Positions 49,795-61,829 of a stretch of 64,000 nucleotides of DNA are shown here, piece after piece (positions within the stretch are counted from its first letter, which is position 1; each line of letters starts with the position of its first letter). The position numbers and the translations under genes were made by a program. Under the pieces are notes generated by a model. It did not search any database, was not told where the DNA came from, and saw only the letters and a program-made list of their open reading frames with translations. Source of the DNA: Nemertoderma westbladi (Eukaryota; Animalia; Xenacoelomorpha); assembly GCA_032718475.1 (NCBI GenBank), contig JAUCBJ010006819.1, positions 27,800 through 91,799 on the forward strand, given 5' to 3'.

Positions 49795-52192
49795 GGATAA
49801 TATCTCTGGAAATGGATTGTTTTCGGCTGGAACCCAGTTTAAGAAGCGAACTGGAAAGCTATGGACTCATAGTGGACCCAGTGGTCACAAGTCCCAGATA
49901 GACCATATTTTGTTTCGTAGGAAATACAGGAGCTCTATACAAGACTGTAATGCATTTACACTTCGACCCTTCTCCAGTGATCACCGCCTTATTGTGGCCA
50001 AGGTAAGACTTAGTCTGCGTGCTAGCAGAACAACGAAATCTGCCTTGCCGCGGCATGACTGGTCCTCTCTGTTGCAACAGCCAAGTGTGAGATCCAGCTT
50101 CACACTACAGCTGAGCAACAGGTATGAGGTTCTTGCCTCTGAGGCGGCAGATCACTGTGAGGGCTATACTGCCTTCACAGAAGCAGTTAAGTTAGCAGCT
50201 GCAGAAACAGTTCCTGTATACCCTCGAAACAGGAAAAGGGCCCCATGGACTGACAACAAAATTCAGAAGTGCCGAAATGACCTCTATAAGGCGCAGAAAG
50301 AGTCCCGACTCAAACAGACTACAGCGGCCAAGAATGCAGTTAAGGCTGCATCTAGGTCCCTGAACAGACAGTACTCTGTTAATCTACAGGAGCTAATAAA
50401 CCAACAGGTTGATGCCATCAATGATGCTGACGACAGCAGGCAATCATCCCAGGCATGGAAATCGATCAACTTGCTTACTGGTCGGAAAAGCCAACCAACC
50501 ACCAAGGTTACGGCTGAATCACCAGCCGATCGCCTCAATGGTTGGAAGGCCCACTTTGAAAAGCTCCTCAATAATGACAGGGTATTGCCTGATAACTTTA
50601 TAGAAGTAAAAGTGTCTGAGTCTGTACTCCCAGATATTCCCATTGGCGATATCTCCTTTGCAGAAGTGAAGGCTGCTGCAAAGAGCATTAAGACCAATCG
50701 TGCCAGTGGAGTAGATGGTGTTCCCCCTGAGGTCTTAAAAATACCGTGTTTAAAGCTCATCTATCCCATCATAGTAGACATGTACCGAACAACACGAGTC
50801 CAGAATGAAAACAAATAAGTTGGTGCCAGTTCCCAAGAAGGGCAACCTAACACTCTATGGTTCTTTTCGGGGAATCTCATTGATCTCGATTGCTCCAAAG
50901 CTATACAATAGAATTCTATTAAATCGCATCAGGGATCCCATTGAGAGACTGCTCCGTGGAAATCAGAATGGGTTCCGTAAAGGTCGTGGGACCATGGAGC
51001 CCATTTTGGCACTTAGAAGGATAATTGAAGAGTTATCAAAAAAGAAAGACAGGCATCTGGCTGTTATCTTTGTTGACTTCTTCAAGGCCTTTGATTCAGT
51101 CTCTCGCTCACGTATGTTCAGCATACTTTCATTATATGGGATTTCTGATGAAATTATTGCAGCAATATCAGTATACGAGGGTTCGACAACATTTGTGTCT
51201 CCTGTTGACGGTGACACAGAACCATTGTATTTGAAGTGTTATGGGGCGTCCTCCAGGGAGACACACTTGCACCATTCTTGTTCATAATTGTGGTTGACTA
51301 TGATCTATGCATGTCCTTAGATCATCATAATGATGATGGGGTGATGATAACTCCACCTACTGGCTCCAGAAGTCGAGGAAATCCTGCCAAGTACCTAACT
51401 GATCTAGACTTTGCTGATGACATAGGAGTACTCTCAGAATCACTAGAGGGAGCTCAACGGCTCCTCAGCTCATTAGAACATAATGCTTCTAGTGTTGGTC
51501 TTTTTATTAACTCCAGAAAGACCAAAATTTTAACAGTTAACTTTGAAAGTCCTTAGCAAGTCTCTGATCGGATGAGCATAAGCTCAAAGGATGGTATGCT
51601 TGAGTATGTGGACGACTTCTGTTACCTGGGATCATGGATCCGGAAGTCAGGTGAGGACCTTCGAATATGTAAGGGAAAGGCATAGGCAGCCTTGAATAGA
51701 TTAATCGGAAACTTAAGGTCCGTTTATTTAGAGCAGCAGTAGTTCCAGTACTCCTCTGTGGGAGTCCATGCTGGGCTCTAACTGCTGAGGACACCAAATC
51801 TCTGGATGGCACATTCACAAAAATGCTACGCCGGGTTCATCGTGTCAAGTACAATGCACACATCTCCAATAAGACACTATATAACATTGGAGATGTCCAA
51901 GCTTGACACTAGAACAAAATCTCCTCCGCTTTGCAGGACATTGCTTTCGCCGTGAGGACCAGCCAGTGCATAATCTTGTACTTTGGCAGCCTCATGGAGT
52001 GAATAAGCATGGTGGACAGCCCATGACTTTCTTGAGACGCATCTTAAAGGACACTGACCTTGAAGATGCGGATTATCTAACAAATGTCATGGGTGATAGG
52101 GAGTTGTGGCGGCGCAATTTTGTCGACAAGCCGGAACAGCATTGTTAAAAATGCAGCTGCAATGCAGCATGCCGATCCTAGTAGTAGTAGTA
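49795..52192 (+). mobile_element. 5'-truncated RTE-group LINE (APE C-terminus + RT, frameshifted), (TAG)n tail, 12-bp TSD
   Basis: APE motifs SQIDHIL and SDHRL. RT motifs FRGISL, QNGFRKGRGT, FVDFFKAFDSV, LQGDTLAPFLF, DLDFADD and LRFAGHC. Tail ctagtagtagtag. GTTTTAAATAAT flanks both sides (49783-94, 52193-204). Confidence 0.92.
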
Positions 52193-52379
52193 GTTTTAAA
52201 TAATAGGCCTAACGATCATAATAATTATAACTTTGTCTGACTAACTAGGACAATCCCCTTTCTAACTAACGAACAGTAAATTGATCAAGGTCATTCTTAT
52301 CATTCGGATCATTAAAGTTGTTCCGTGAATTCACACTTACGTTTTGGGTCATCCAAGTATTACCGTCATCACCTGGGGG

Positions 52380-52530
52380 TGGGTGGGTTTGGGCTGACAC
52401 ATGATTATGGGGGGGGAGGGGGGGGGGGGGGTGGGCTTGGGCTCGGTGATGACACATGATTATGGGGGGGGGGGGGGGGGGGGTGGGCTTGGGCTCGGTG
52501 ATGAAGGCAAATGAGTATGGGGGGGGGGGT
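52380..52530. repeat. G-rich short tandem duplication (gacacatgattat-G tract-tgggcttgggctcggtgatga)
   Basis: Two to three ~55-bp units with long G runs. Confidence 0.7.
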
Positions 52531-52713
52531 GTCCCTCGCCAGCTGAATATGACAGTCATCAGACATGTCAGAGTATGACAGAATATGGCAGATGGGGGGG
52601 GGTTGGAGAAAAAATAAATTTCCAGAAAAATTGGTATTGGAATTCTTTCAGAGTGTTTGAAAGTGAAAATAATAATTCTGCATCAAAAAGTTTATGAAAG
52701 CTCGTTAAAAATT

Positions 52714-54070
52714 TTAGAATAAGTACAAAATAGTTAACATACACATGTTAACTAATTCCACATTAATTTCGCTGCGATATGTTAAAAATTTAGTAGCACT
52801 AAGTGGTTTACTAAAAATACGGTTTCTACTTTCTATTAAAGGGTCTACTGCATCACAAGTGTAGACGTCCATTAATGCTTTGTAACCAGGAGTGTTCGCC
52901 AATTTGCACAATTCAAAGTCTTTATGAAACGGTAACTCGTAATCTATTTCTTTAAACATCTTAGACATAAAACGTTTTCTAGCGCTGTTAATTAAATATT
53001 TAAGATTTGGTTCACCTAATTCTACAAGACAAACATCTGTTGGTGTTTGACATCTCACACCGAGTAAATTTTTTACCATCTTGCAATAACATTTTTCTAG
53101 TTGTAAAGTATTTTTTGTTAACCAAGCTTCAGACCCCATATAACAATCCCGACATTACCGCCGCATCAAATACGCGTTTCTTTAATACAAATGGAAGGCT
53201 CGTGTTTACTCCCGCAAAAATACTAAATTTATTTACGGTCTCTTCACATCGCAACTGATGCATAGAGATAGTACTTGTTACCTTCCCATCCGACGTAAAC
53301 GGCACCGCCAAATATACATAAATATCGCAATGATTGACAACCAAATTATTTACAACAAGAGGTCATCTATCATAGAGGTTGCCATTTATTGTACAGAATT
53401 TGGTCTTTTTCTCATTGATTTCCATCCCGTAAGTACTGTAGTACAAAAAAGTACTAAGGCATTTAATTTCTTCAGCGCATTAACCTTATTTGATGCAAAA
53501 ATTATAGTATCGTCCATTCGTAACAGAATATGTATTCCCCTTGGCCTAAAAACCCATCTTCCCTTACAGCTGATCGCACCATATGTACTAGTTTATCAAT
53601 ATACTGTAGATACAAAATAATATAACGCTCGAGGGCGCCCCCTGGCGGACACCTACCTTAGTTAGGAACAATGCAGATTTCAAAATATGTTTCGTACAGT
53701 TTTATACTGCCTGTATTGCTAATAACATAACTTTACAACGAACCGCGTGATTTTAATGTTTGTAGCAAAAGATCCCGTGGTACCCGATCATACGCTTTTT
53801 TGAAATCTACGAATAGGCCTATTATATACAACCTTAGTTTCTTGTGTACAGCATAGTCTATCAGTAAACGAAGCGCAACAAGATGTTCCGTGCATCCCCT
53901 GTTAGGTAAACCCCCGGCCGACATTTATCTAGGTTACTCCATCTTAGCAGTCTCTTTGCTAATAATAAATCGTACACTTTAGCTACAGTTGACATGATAG
54001 ATATTCCTCTATAATTGCCACATACAACACGGCTACCCGATTTAAAAACCACAAGTAATACATAGCTGTT
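52714..54070 (-). pseudogene. Degraded LINE RT of a second family (clade not resolved)
   Basis: Fragments CGNYRGISIMSTVAKVY, RGCTEHLVALRLLIDY, FVDFKKAYDRVPR, YVYL, GLLYG and KNLLGVR..T....LVELG across several frames. Confidence 0.8.
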
Positions 54071-55214
54071 ATTGGTGATGCGCAAGTACTCGGCACTTTT
54101 TGTTCTAAAATCGTCCATATATATAATATAAATATAATATATATTATAATATATCGTTCTCGACGTCTTTGCAATGTCATCTTAAGCTATTTCAGTCGGT
54201 ACCAGTAATTTTCAGTAGGCCTATGTAGTGCTTGGATTTCAAACCTTGGACCATGGCGAACTTAAACCGCTGAAGGTCGATCCGAAAAGAAATTAGATCA
54301 AAGGCAAAATTGATCCAAGGCACTCTTACAGTAAATCAAAGGAGGGTGGTTGAACTAGTTAGCGCTAATGATGGACGCATTTTTCCATTTCTGAACAAAA
54401 ATCATATTAATATATTTATTCTTTAAAAGTTCTTTAAAAAATTATTTATTAAAGTAAAGAACGATAACGATTAACGACAGAGTAGGCCTACGTTCTGATC
54501 AACCTACAGTACAGTATAGTGTAGTCAGTCAATAATAAATATAATGCACATACTGGTGTCACTGATTGTACTTTAATAGGCCGTCAAATGGTAAACATTA
54601 ACCCCTTAGCAAAGATGCTAAAAATAGCTCAATATAGATGAAAGACAATTTCACGTTCACCTTGAAAATTGAATAGCTACCTCTAATGTATATAATGTGG
54701 GGTCATGTTCCCACTGAAGTATCGTGCATAGTTTTATCACTCAAATAACTAATAAAGTCTGTTGGTACAGTAGCAAAGCATTTACAAATCAGGGATGGGG
54801 TCAATAAGCTGCTGTTAATATTAACGGAGACATTTAAACCTATGTACAGTAAATTGCTACAATACAGTATGCTAATAGGCCTACTACACCGACATGAATA
54901 TGATGATTAATATTTTCGCGACTCATTAATATTTGAGACCCTCTCTCTATATTTGCGCGCATCAATGTCTGATTCCCTCAATACTGTATATTTCTACAGT
55001 ATACATCATATAAGACAGTAAGACCTTACTGTCGTACGAAAATATGCATATATTTATACAATACAAAAATCGAATTTTATTTAACCATCTGAAAGAACAC
55101 ACGAAATATTTCGTACTGTGGCTGTACTGTATGTTTTGCATGGCTAGGGCCCTACCATTAGAGAATTAAAACATCCTAAAAAATATTACATAAAATATCA
55201 TGAAAATATAAGGA

Positions 55215-55368
55215 CAGGGTTGGACCGGCACTGGGACGGGAACTTTAGGGGCAAGACAGTCAGTTCTTTAATTTTAATGAATGCGAGTTTATGGACCTGT
55301 TTTTAGGAGTTTCTGGGACCGGGTTTAGGAATTGTCATGTGGACTGGGCAAAAATTGGACCAACCCTG
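55215..55368. mobile_element. Small element with CAGGGTTGG / CCAACCCTG termini (hAT-like MITE, tentative)
   Basis: 9-bp inverted termini and internal ggacc repeats. No 8-bp TSD match. Confidence 0.35.
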
Positions 55369-55789
55369 TTTTACGTTACAGGACCGGCCCAGGTTTTAGA
55401 CAGTCCACTATAGATATGTTCAGAGGACATCTAGCGCCCATCTCTGCTAAATTGTAATACTAATACGGTTGGTGCTCGGTGCTTCTGTACTTGGGAGATT
55501 GTGCGGCGCTTCTGGAATGGGAGGTCCGTTGTCGCTCTAGACAAAGTTACTGTACATGTCGATTATGGATTGATACGCAATGGATTTATAGCGAAGGGGA
55601 CACTTGATAACAAACTGTCATGTATTAATTGCACTTATATTAATTGCTCTTATGAGTTATTTTGTACTTATATGTCCATGCAATGCCTTCCAGGCACATT
55701 AACACCGCTCGTAACCAGTTCCAGAGTTCTAGAGTGCTCCTCCCATACCCTCTCCCGTAATAATCCCTCAAGTCCACCGAGTGTAAGTC

Positions 55790-58700
55790 AGGTAAGCGAG
55801 AGAGAGTAAGACATCGCATTAAAGAAGAAACTCCGCGCACATGCCGGACATATAACCCGGACAACGGACAAGGCAAGGAAGATGCTAGCCGATTCTGGTA
55901 GTATCGAAAGGGAAGGTTTAGCAGAACTCAGAAGGTGGTATAATTCAGCATGGTTTAAGCAGACAGATGAGTTAGCAGTTCTAGCTAAGAGAGCAGTGGA
56001 GTCCCAGTTGAGTGACATAGCAACGATGGTATACGATAAGGCTCTAGCAACCTTATTGGAGCACTGCGCATTGTCAGAGCCATTCCGACGGGTTAGGACG
56101 GAAAACTGGTTACTATGGGGTTCGCAGGCACAGGCGAATCAGGTGAGTGATGCTGAATTGAGAAAGTTAGTAGAACTAGAAAAGACCCAAGATAAGGAAG
56201 AGCGCAGATACCAAAGCGAAGTCACCAATTGGTTGATGCAGAGTGGAGTGGTCGTGCCGGTTGAGGTGCTGCCGACGACGGAGAATATCCAGCGGAGGTC
56301 ACTCACTCCACCCGAGAATGCATCCAAAAACAGCGGAGATTCGCAGGTAAGTCGTGCATGAGGAAATGTCTTGTGTGCTAGATCCATCGTTTCTCACAAC
56401 TCCGCAGAGGAAAGAAGGCGCCAATTAAATGAACAACAGGCAGGTCTTACGTGCAGCGGAGGCGAGGAAGGAAGCTGAACGGGAAGAGGACCGCAGTCGC
56501 AGAGTTGAAGCGGAACTGCGGGTGTTGGAGGATGTACGCAAGTGCAAGGAACTTGAATGCGAACACGAGGAACGCAAACTTCAGCTCGAACGCGAATGCA
56601 AAGAACATGAACTTCTGTTCCAACATGAACACGAGTGCAAGGAACTCGAACTTAAACTCGAACGTGAATGCAAAGAACGCGAGCGCGAATACGAACGCGA
56701 GAGACGAATGCTACTTGATGAACAAGCGAAATTGAAGGCAGAATCCGCCGTGAGGATTGCAAGGGAAGCAGAACTACGTAAGTTGGACCAATTAGAAAGT
56801 GCGAGGTTGGATCGAACAAGGAAGGCAAATGAAATTGCTGAAAGGGGTATGCAAATGATCGGGGAATGCGGGGCAAGTGTAGATACCGAGTTGCGAAGTT
56901 TATTCACGCAACAGAAGGCCGAACAAGAGGCGAGAGCTCCGATTAAACGAGTCACCACCGACAACAACTCCTATACCTGGTCCGACTATTACAAGTTCTC
57001 AGATCACGAAACCATTTTCTGCATTCCACACACCGGTTTGTATTAGTGCCTCGACTATTGCGCAAGATCCGCGCCATCAAGAGGGCGCTCCACGAGTAAA
57101 CTATCACCGCAACACAGACGAGTTCATAGAAGAAACTCCAAGGAGATGAACATCAGGTGAACCAAACCCGAGGGTTTGGAATACGCCAATGGATCGTCGA
57201 CCCAGTTCAAAGGATAATTTTCGGGTTAAACCAGAGGAAGGATCGTATGAAAGGCAACGTCTTGGCCAAATAGAGCCGACAGCTCAGCGGAACCCTAGCC
57301 AGGAATTCATCACAAGGGAGGAGTTAAGCGCCAATATAGCGCAAGCTATATCTCCGTACATACAACCTATAACGGATATGCTTAGCAACCTACAACTGAG
57401 AGAAGCAGCCCAGCTAAGGACAAATTCTGATCCCAGCAGACAAGAACAAGGTGAAACCCGGTGAAACACCAACCCAAAGGTGAAACGAGTACGCATATCA
57501 GAGGTGACAATACCACAAAGGCCTCAGATAAGAACACCTGTTCCTACGATCCGCAATGCTGATTTCTTGCACTCAGACGAGAGGTTTATAGAAGAGGCTT
57601 GGATTAGAGCTTCAGGTCGAAAACCATTGCGAGATCAGGCAAATAATACTGACTCAAGTGATGGTGAAGAAGATTTGAGGCGTCAGAAATCCTATAACCG
57701 GAAGGGAGGAAAGACTATGGTAGCGCAGGTAAGTATGAACCCTCGAGAAGGGGCCAGACTCGACAACCCTGCAGAGTTGACCAACTTATTAACCTGGAAT
57801 GACGCCACCCTTCAGGACATTGGTAAGTTTGCTGCTAGGCAGGGATTGCCGGTGCAACAACCTCGGAGGTTTATGGGCAACCATAAACACTGGAGGACGT
57901 TTAAGACTTATGTCAATGAGCAGTTAACCAACAGTACCTTTACCCCCTATGAAAAATTCAAATTACTTATTGCAAATGCTCCATCGAGAGCCAATGACCA
58001 TTGCCGACAATTTTGTCAGGAATGAAAATGCATTTGAACTAACAATGAAGACCCTTAGCGACGTCTATGGGAATAAAACCAAAATGGCGCAATTGATAGT
58101 AGAGGATTTGGGCAAGGGTGGAAAAATTACAACCCCACAGGAACTGTTAAACTTAGCCAACGCCATTACAAATGCCCTAGATATTTTAAAAACAGTGAAT
58201 CTACCACACTATGGTGATCACGCTGAGGTTTTAAAGTATATAATAAGACGCTTGAACTTTCGTTATCGGCAAAAATGGCAAAAATTAGAGAACAAATTAG
58301 AAGGTCAAGATAAAGTGTTAACACTCAGACATATACACGATATGATAGCAACTGACACTATCGCAGAGATGAAGTCAAACTTCTCAGAGGAGAATATGAG
58401 AGAAACAAAACCTGCTTTGGGAAGGTCTATGGTAAGTGTCAAATAAGACAGACAGTCTGTGACATTTAATACAGTAGACAAATATAACCAGAGTAACCAT
58501 TCCCCCGCCTTGAGATCGAACTCGCGAGTCTGGTCAGGTGAGAGGTCAGACAGACCTAGTATAAAGCAACAGGATTTGCCAGTTGGATTTGTGGGATACC
58601 AGTTCTGCTTCTTAAAGGAAGTAAGGTCAGATGACCACAAGTTAGAAAATTGTAGGCGCTTCAAAGAACTGAGCTCAGAACAGAGATGGATTCAAGTGCG

Positions 58701-59118
58701 GACGTTAGATACCTGTTGGGCATGTCTTGTTCCAGGTCATGTAAGACGCCAGTGCCCGAACAGTGGAAACGGATGTGTAGAATGTGGCAGATTACATCAT
58801 AAACTGCTACACGCCGATTTCCATACTCCCACAAATCGTTATCTACAGGAAAACTCGGATAAAGGGAGAGGTAAGGTAATAGCTACATCTCTATACTCAC
58901 GTGAGTCCATAGACCCTCCAGATATAGATGTCTCAAGAAGAGATTGTAAAGATCATAATGAAAATGCTAGTGACTCGGAGGAGGAGTTATGTTCTGATAA
59001 CGACCAGTTAGAACACAGTTATTACACAGAAACAGATAGTGATTATACCCCTGAGGATGATATCGAAGAGCGCCATTTTGGTGCTAAAAGTGGGTTTAAC
59101 AACACAGAACGTTCCTAA
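55790..59118 (+). pseudogene. BEL/Pao gag (coiled coil, DUF1759-like region, triple Cys/His knuckle), disrupted by stops and frameshifts
   Basis: PRRFMGNHKHWRTFK...EKFKLL...LSDVYGN (DUF1759-like). HKLENCRRFK...R...V.....CWACL..GH....C.....CVEC...HHKLLH is the BEL gag signature. Confidence 0.85.
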
Positions 59119-59206
59119 GTGACATCATTACATATACCTACATAACAGAGGGTCAGGTAGCAAAGTGTCCGAACTTAGATACGTCTCAAGTAGGTGTTGA
59201 GAAGCA

Positions 59207-59465
59207 GCCTAGGGAGTCATTGGAGCGGCCTAGGGAGTCATTTGAGCGCCCTAAGGACTCATTGGAGCGGCCTAAAGGGTCATTGGAGCGGCCTGAAAAG
59301 TCATTGGAGCGGCCTAGAGCTCATTGGAGCGGCCTAATGGGGTCATTGGAGCGGCCTGAAAAGTCATTGGAGTGGCCTAGAGACTCATTGGAGTGGCCTA
59401 AGGACTCATTGGAGCAGCCTAAAGGGTCATTGCAGCGGCCTGAAAAGTGATTGGAATGGCCTATA
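59207..59465. repeat. ~21-bp tandem repeat (gtcattggagcggcctaaagg-type) x ~12 inside the BEL element
   Basis: Direct inspection; produces the SLERP repeat ORF 59220..59450. Confidence 0.9.
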
Positions 59466-61829
59466 GACTTCTTGGATCAAGAGACATACGTGACCACAAG
59501 ATCTGGAAGGGTTAGTTGAGGCATAAAGCCACACCTACAGATTGCGCAAGCAGCTCAAGGGTCCAAGTTAGTAAGTAACAGACAAGAAACGTCCACACCA
59601 GTGGGGCCTTCGGTTTACAAATCCGCGGATTTGGATTCAAAGATTCCATCAGTGGGATCGCAATTGTCATCAACATGCATTGAGACAGGAGACTATAACT
59701 TGTCTTCTGCCTCAAAACAAAATTAGTGTCAGTAACGCAAATTCATGCATTCCTCGTATGCAAATACTCGGAAATGCATAGGAGCGGGTTTGTGGTGAAT
59801 TGCGTTTGAAAATTTGTTTGGTGGGTATCAAATAAATTTTTTTTTTTGCATTTGAAAGTTTGTAAGTTAAAAAAAAATATAATTACAGTTGAACCCAAGA
59901 CAAATTCAATCGTAGAATAAACATGTGAACATGTTTATATGAGTATAGTAATTTTGAAAGTCGTGAAAAGTTGGAAGACATGTATCTAAACACCATGGTT
60001 ACGGCTATTATATTTAGGAGTGTAAATTGAATTCAGTAGATTCCAACAGTACAACAACCAAAGGTGCTAAAGGTTAGTAGCACCAGCGGCGTACACAGAC
60101 CCCACTCAGTAGTTCGCAGTGGAGAGAGGTGTTTGATAATCAAACCCGTGGGTTTGGTATAGTCGAGCGCCCCAGCTAATGTCCGTTCTAACTACTGTAT
60201 CCTAGTACAAGTATTGGGGAGTAGTTTGGGCATCAAAAAGTGAGTCGGTCACGGCCAATTTATCTCCAAAGTTTTTGCGCTATGCATGGGAATAGATATA
60301 GAAGGTAGCTTAGGAATGAGACAGGATCTAGGGAGGCAAACCTGAACTGCTGAAAGGCGGGCCAGGTAGCTCGGAAAGTCGATCCCATCTTACTAACTGA
60401 TTGGTCATTTCGCAGATTAACTGACTTACGCATGTTAATCTAGTTGGATATATATATTAGAGGATGGACCGCCAAGGAAGAAGCGGAGCTGCCATTCGCT
60501 TGCTGCGGGTGTGCCTCCGGGAGGAGCCCACAAGGACGAAAGCGATCCGATGAGTAACCCGATGATAACCGTCGATTTTAGCGGAAAGAAACCCCCCAAC
60601 GTCTGTTACACCGATGACTACGACAACGGATCCTTATAGTGAGATTGGAACTCATACTACTCCTGCCTTAGTGGCTGTCAATAGAATCTGCCAGGGGCAG
60701 ATTGGTATATTTGGGTCGAGGCCGTAAGAGGGGAGCGAGCCTGAGAGACCCAGGAGCCAGTCACTAATGCCACATGACGTCAAGGAGCGACAAACTGTAG
60801 ATATATACATCATCGTCGCTCTGATGTATATTGTAGGCAACAAATGTATACCTGACTGGACTCATAATATATATATATATCGATGATTGCGTTTTTTGAT
60901 AAATTAAGTAAAGGTTCCAAAATGAAAGAAATTATTACGTATTTTTATATTTAGTTTGATTATCGGCCTTAAAACACAATAGTATTTAGTTAAACATTTA
61001 GCCTCAAATACGTTTACATTTTAGTTCTTTTGTTATTATTTGTTCTTTATAATTTGAGATGGGAAATGGGGGACATAGTCCTAGCCATGTTCCATTTCAA
61101 CAAGTAAATTGTTAATTTGTAAATAAATCGAAGGAACTATATTTTGTAATTTAATTTGTATTTTGTATGTAATCATAATTATGCAGTAAAAGTGGCAATA
61201 TTTGTACGTATTAGAATTATAGAACCAAGTATATTGATTTATTTGAAAGTAAAATTTTATTTGTTATTCCACACCGCCATATTTCTTCTACAATTGGAGA
61301 AAAACATTAGATGTTTCTCTTGGAGCGGTGTTGCGATATATGCCGTTGTGTACTAAAATGACCCATAGTACAGTATAGAACAGATTAGATAAGGTGTATT
61401 GATGTGCAGCCGTAATTAGATAGGGTAAATAAAATATACAACATTATATTCAACCGATTTTATACAGTATGTAGGCCTACTTACGTAATTTTATAATAAA
61501 ACCTTAGCATATTAATTTACGGTGGCAAACTTTTATAAAACATAAATATGAATTTGCCGTTTCTTGATATTATTTGAATTTGATGTGTATTTGTATTAAT
61601 TTCATTTGTATTTCTCTATAAATCAATGTTGTACTAAATTAACGCCTAAATTGTGCTTTAATAATTGCCAAATTAATATTACGGCAATAGACCTATAAGC
61701 CCACTGAGACAGATTTATTACCATATATGGTAATGGTTTAGGGATTTCGAGAGGCGAAGAGCCATAATCCGGCTCTCTCATTGGTTTAGTTATTTAGGTT
61801 GGTTTAATAGCAGTAGGATTTTGTTCGAC

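Larger units (their letters stand above)
55470..60842 (+). mobile_element. Internally deleted BEL/Pao LTR retrotransposon (gag, pol C-terminal remnant, putative 3' LTR)
   Basis: TGGTGC PBS-like site at ~55470 and gag fragments. Decayed pol C-terminus at ~59970-60190 (WK..YL, VVRS, GIVERP). Purine run ggggag at ~60216, then a putative LTR ending ..CAACA at 60842. No matching 5' LTR seen. Confidence 0.65.

Noticed and set aside
59220-59450. SLERP-repeat protein gene
   Set aside because: Translation of a 21-bp repeat with indels inside a dead BEL element, with a non-ATG start.
60480-60570. Hammerhead or other ribozyme in the putative BEL LTR (gacgaaagcg..ccgatgag)
   Set aside because: The core reads CCGATGA rather than CTGATGA, and I could not build the three required stems.
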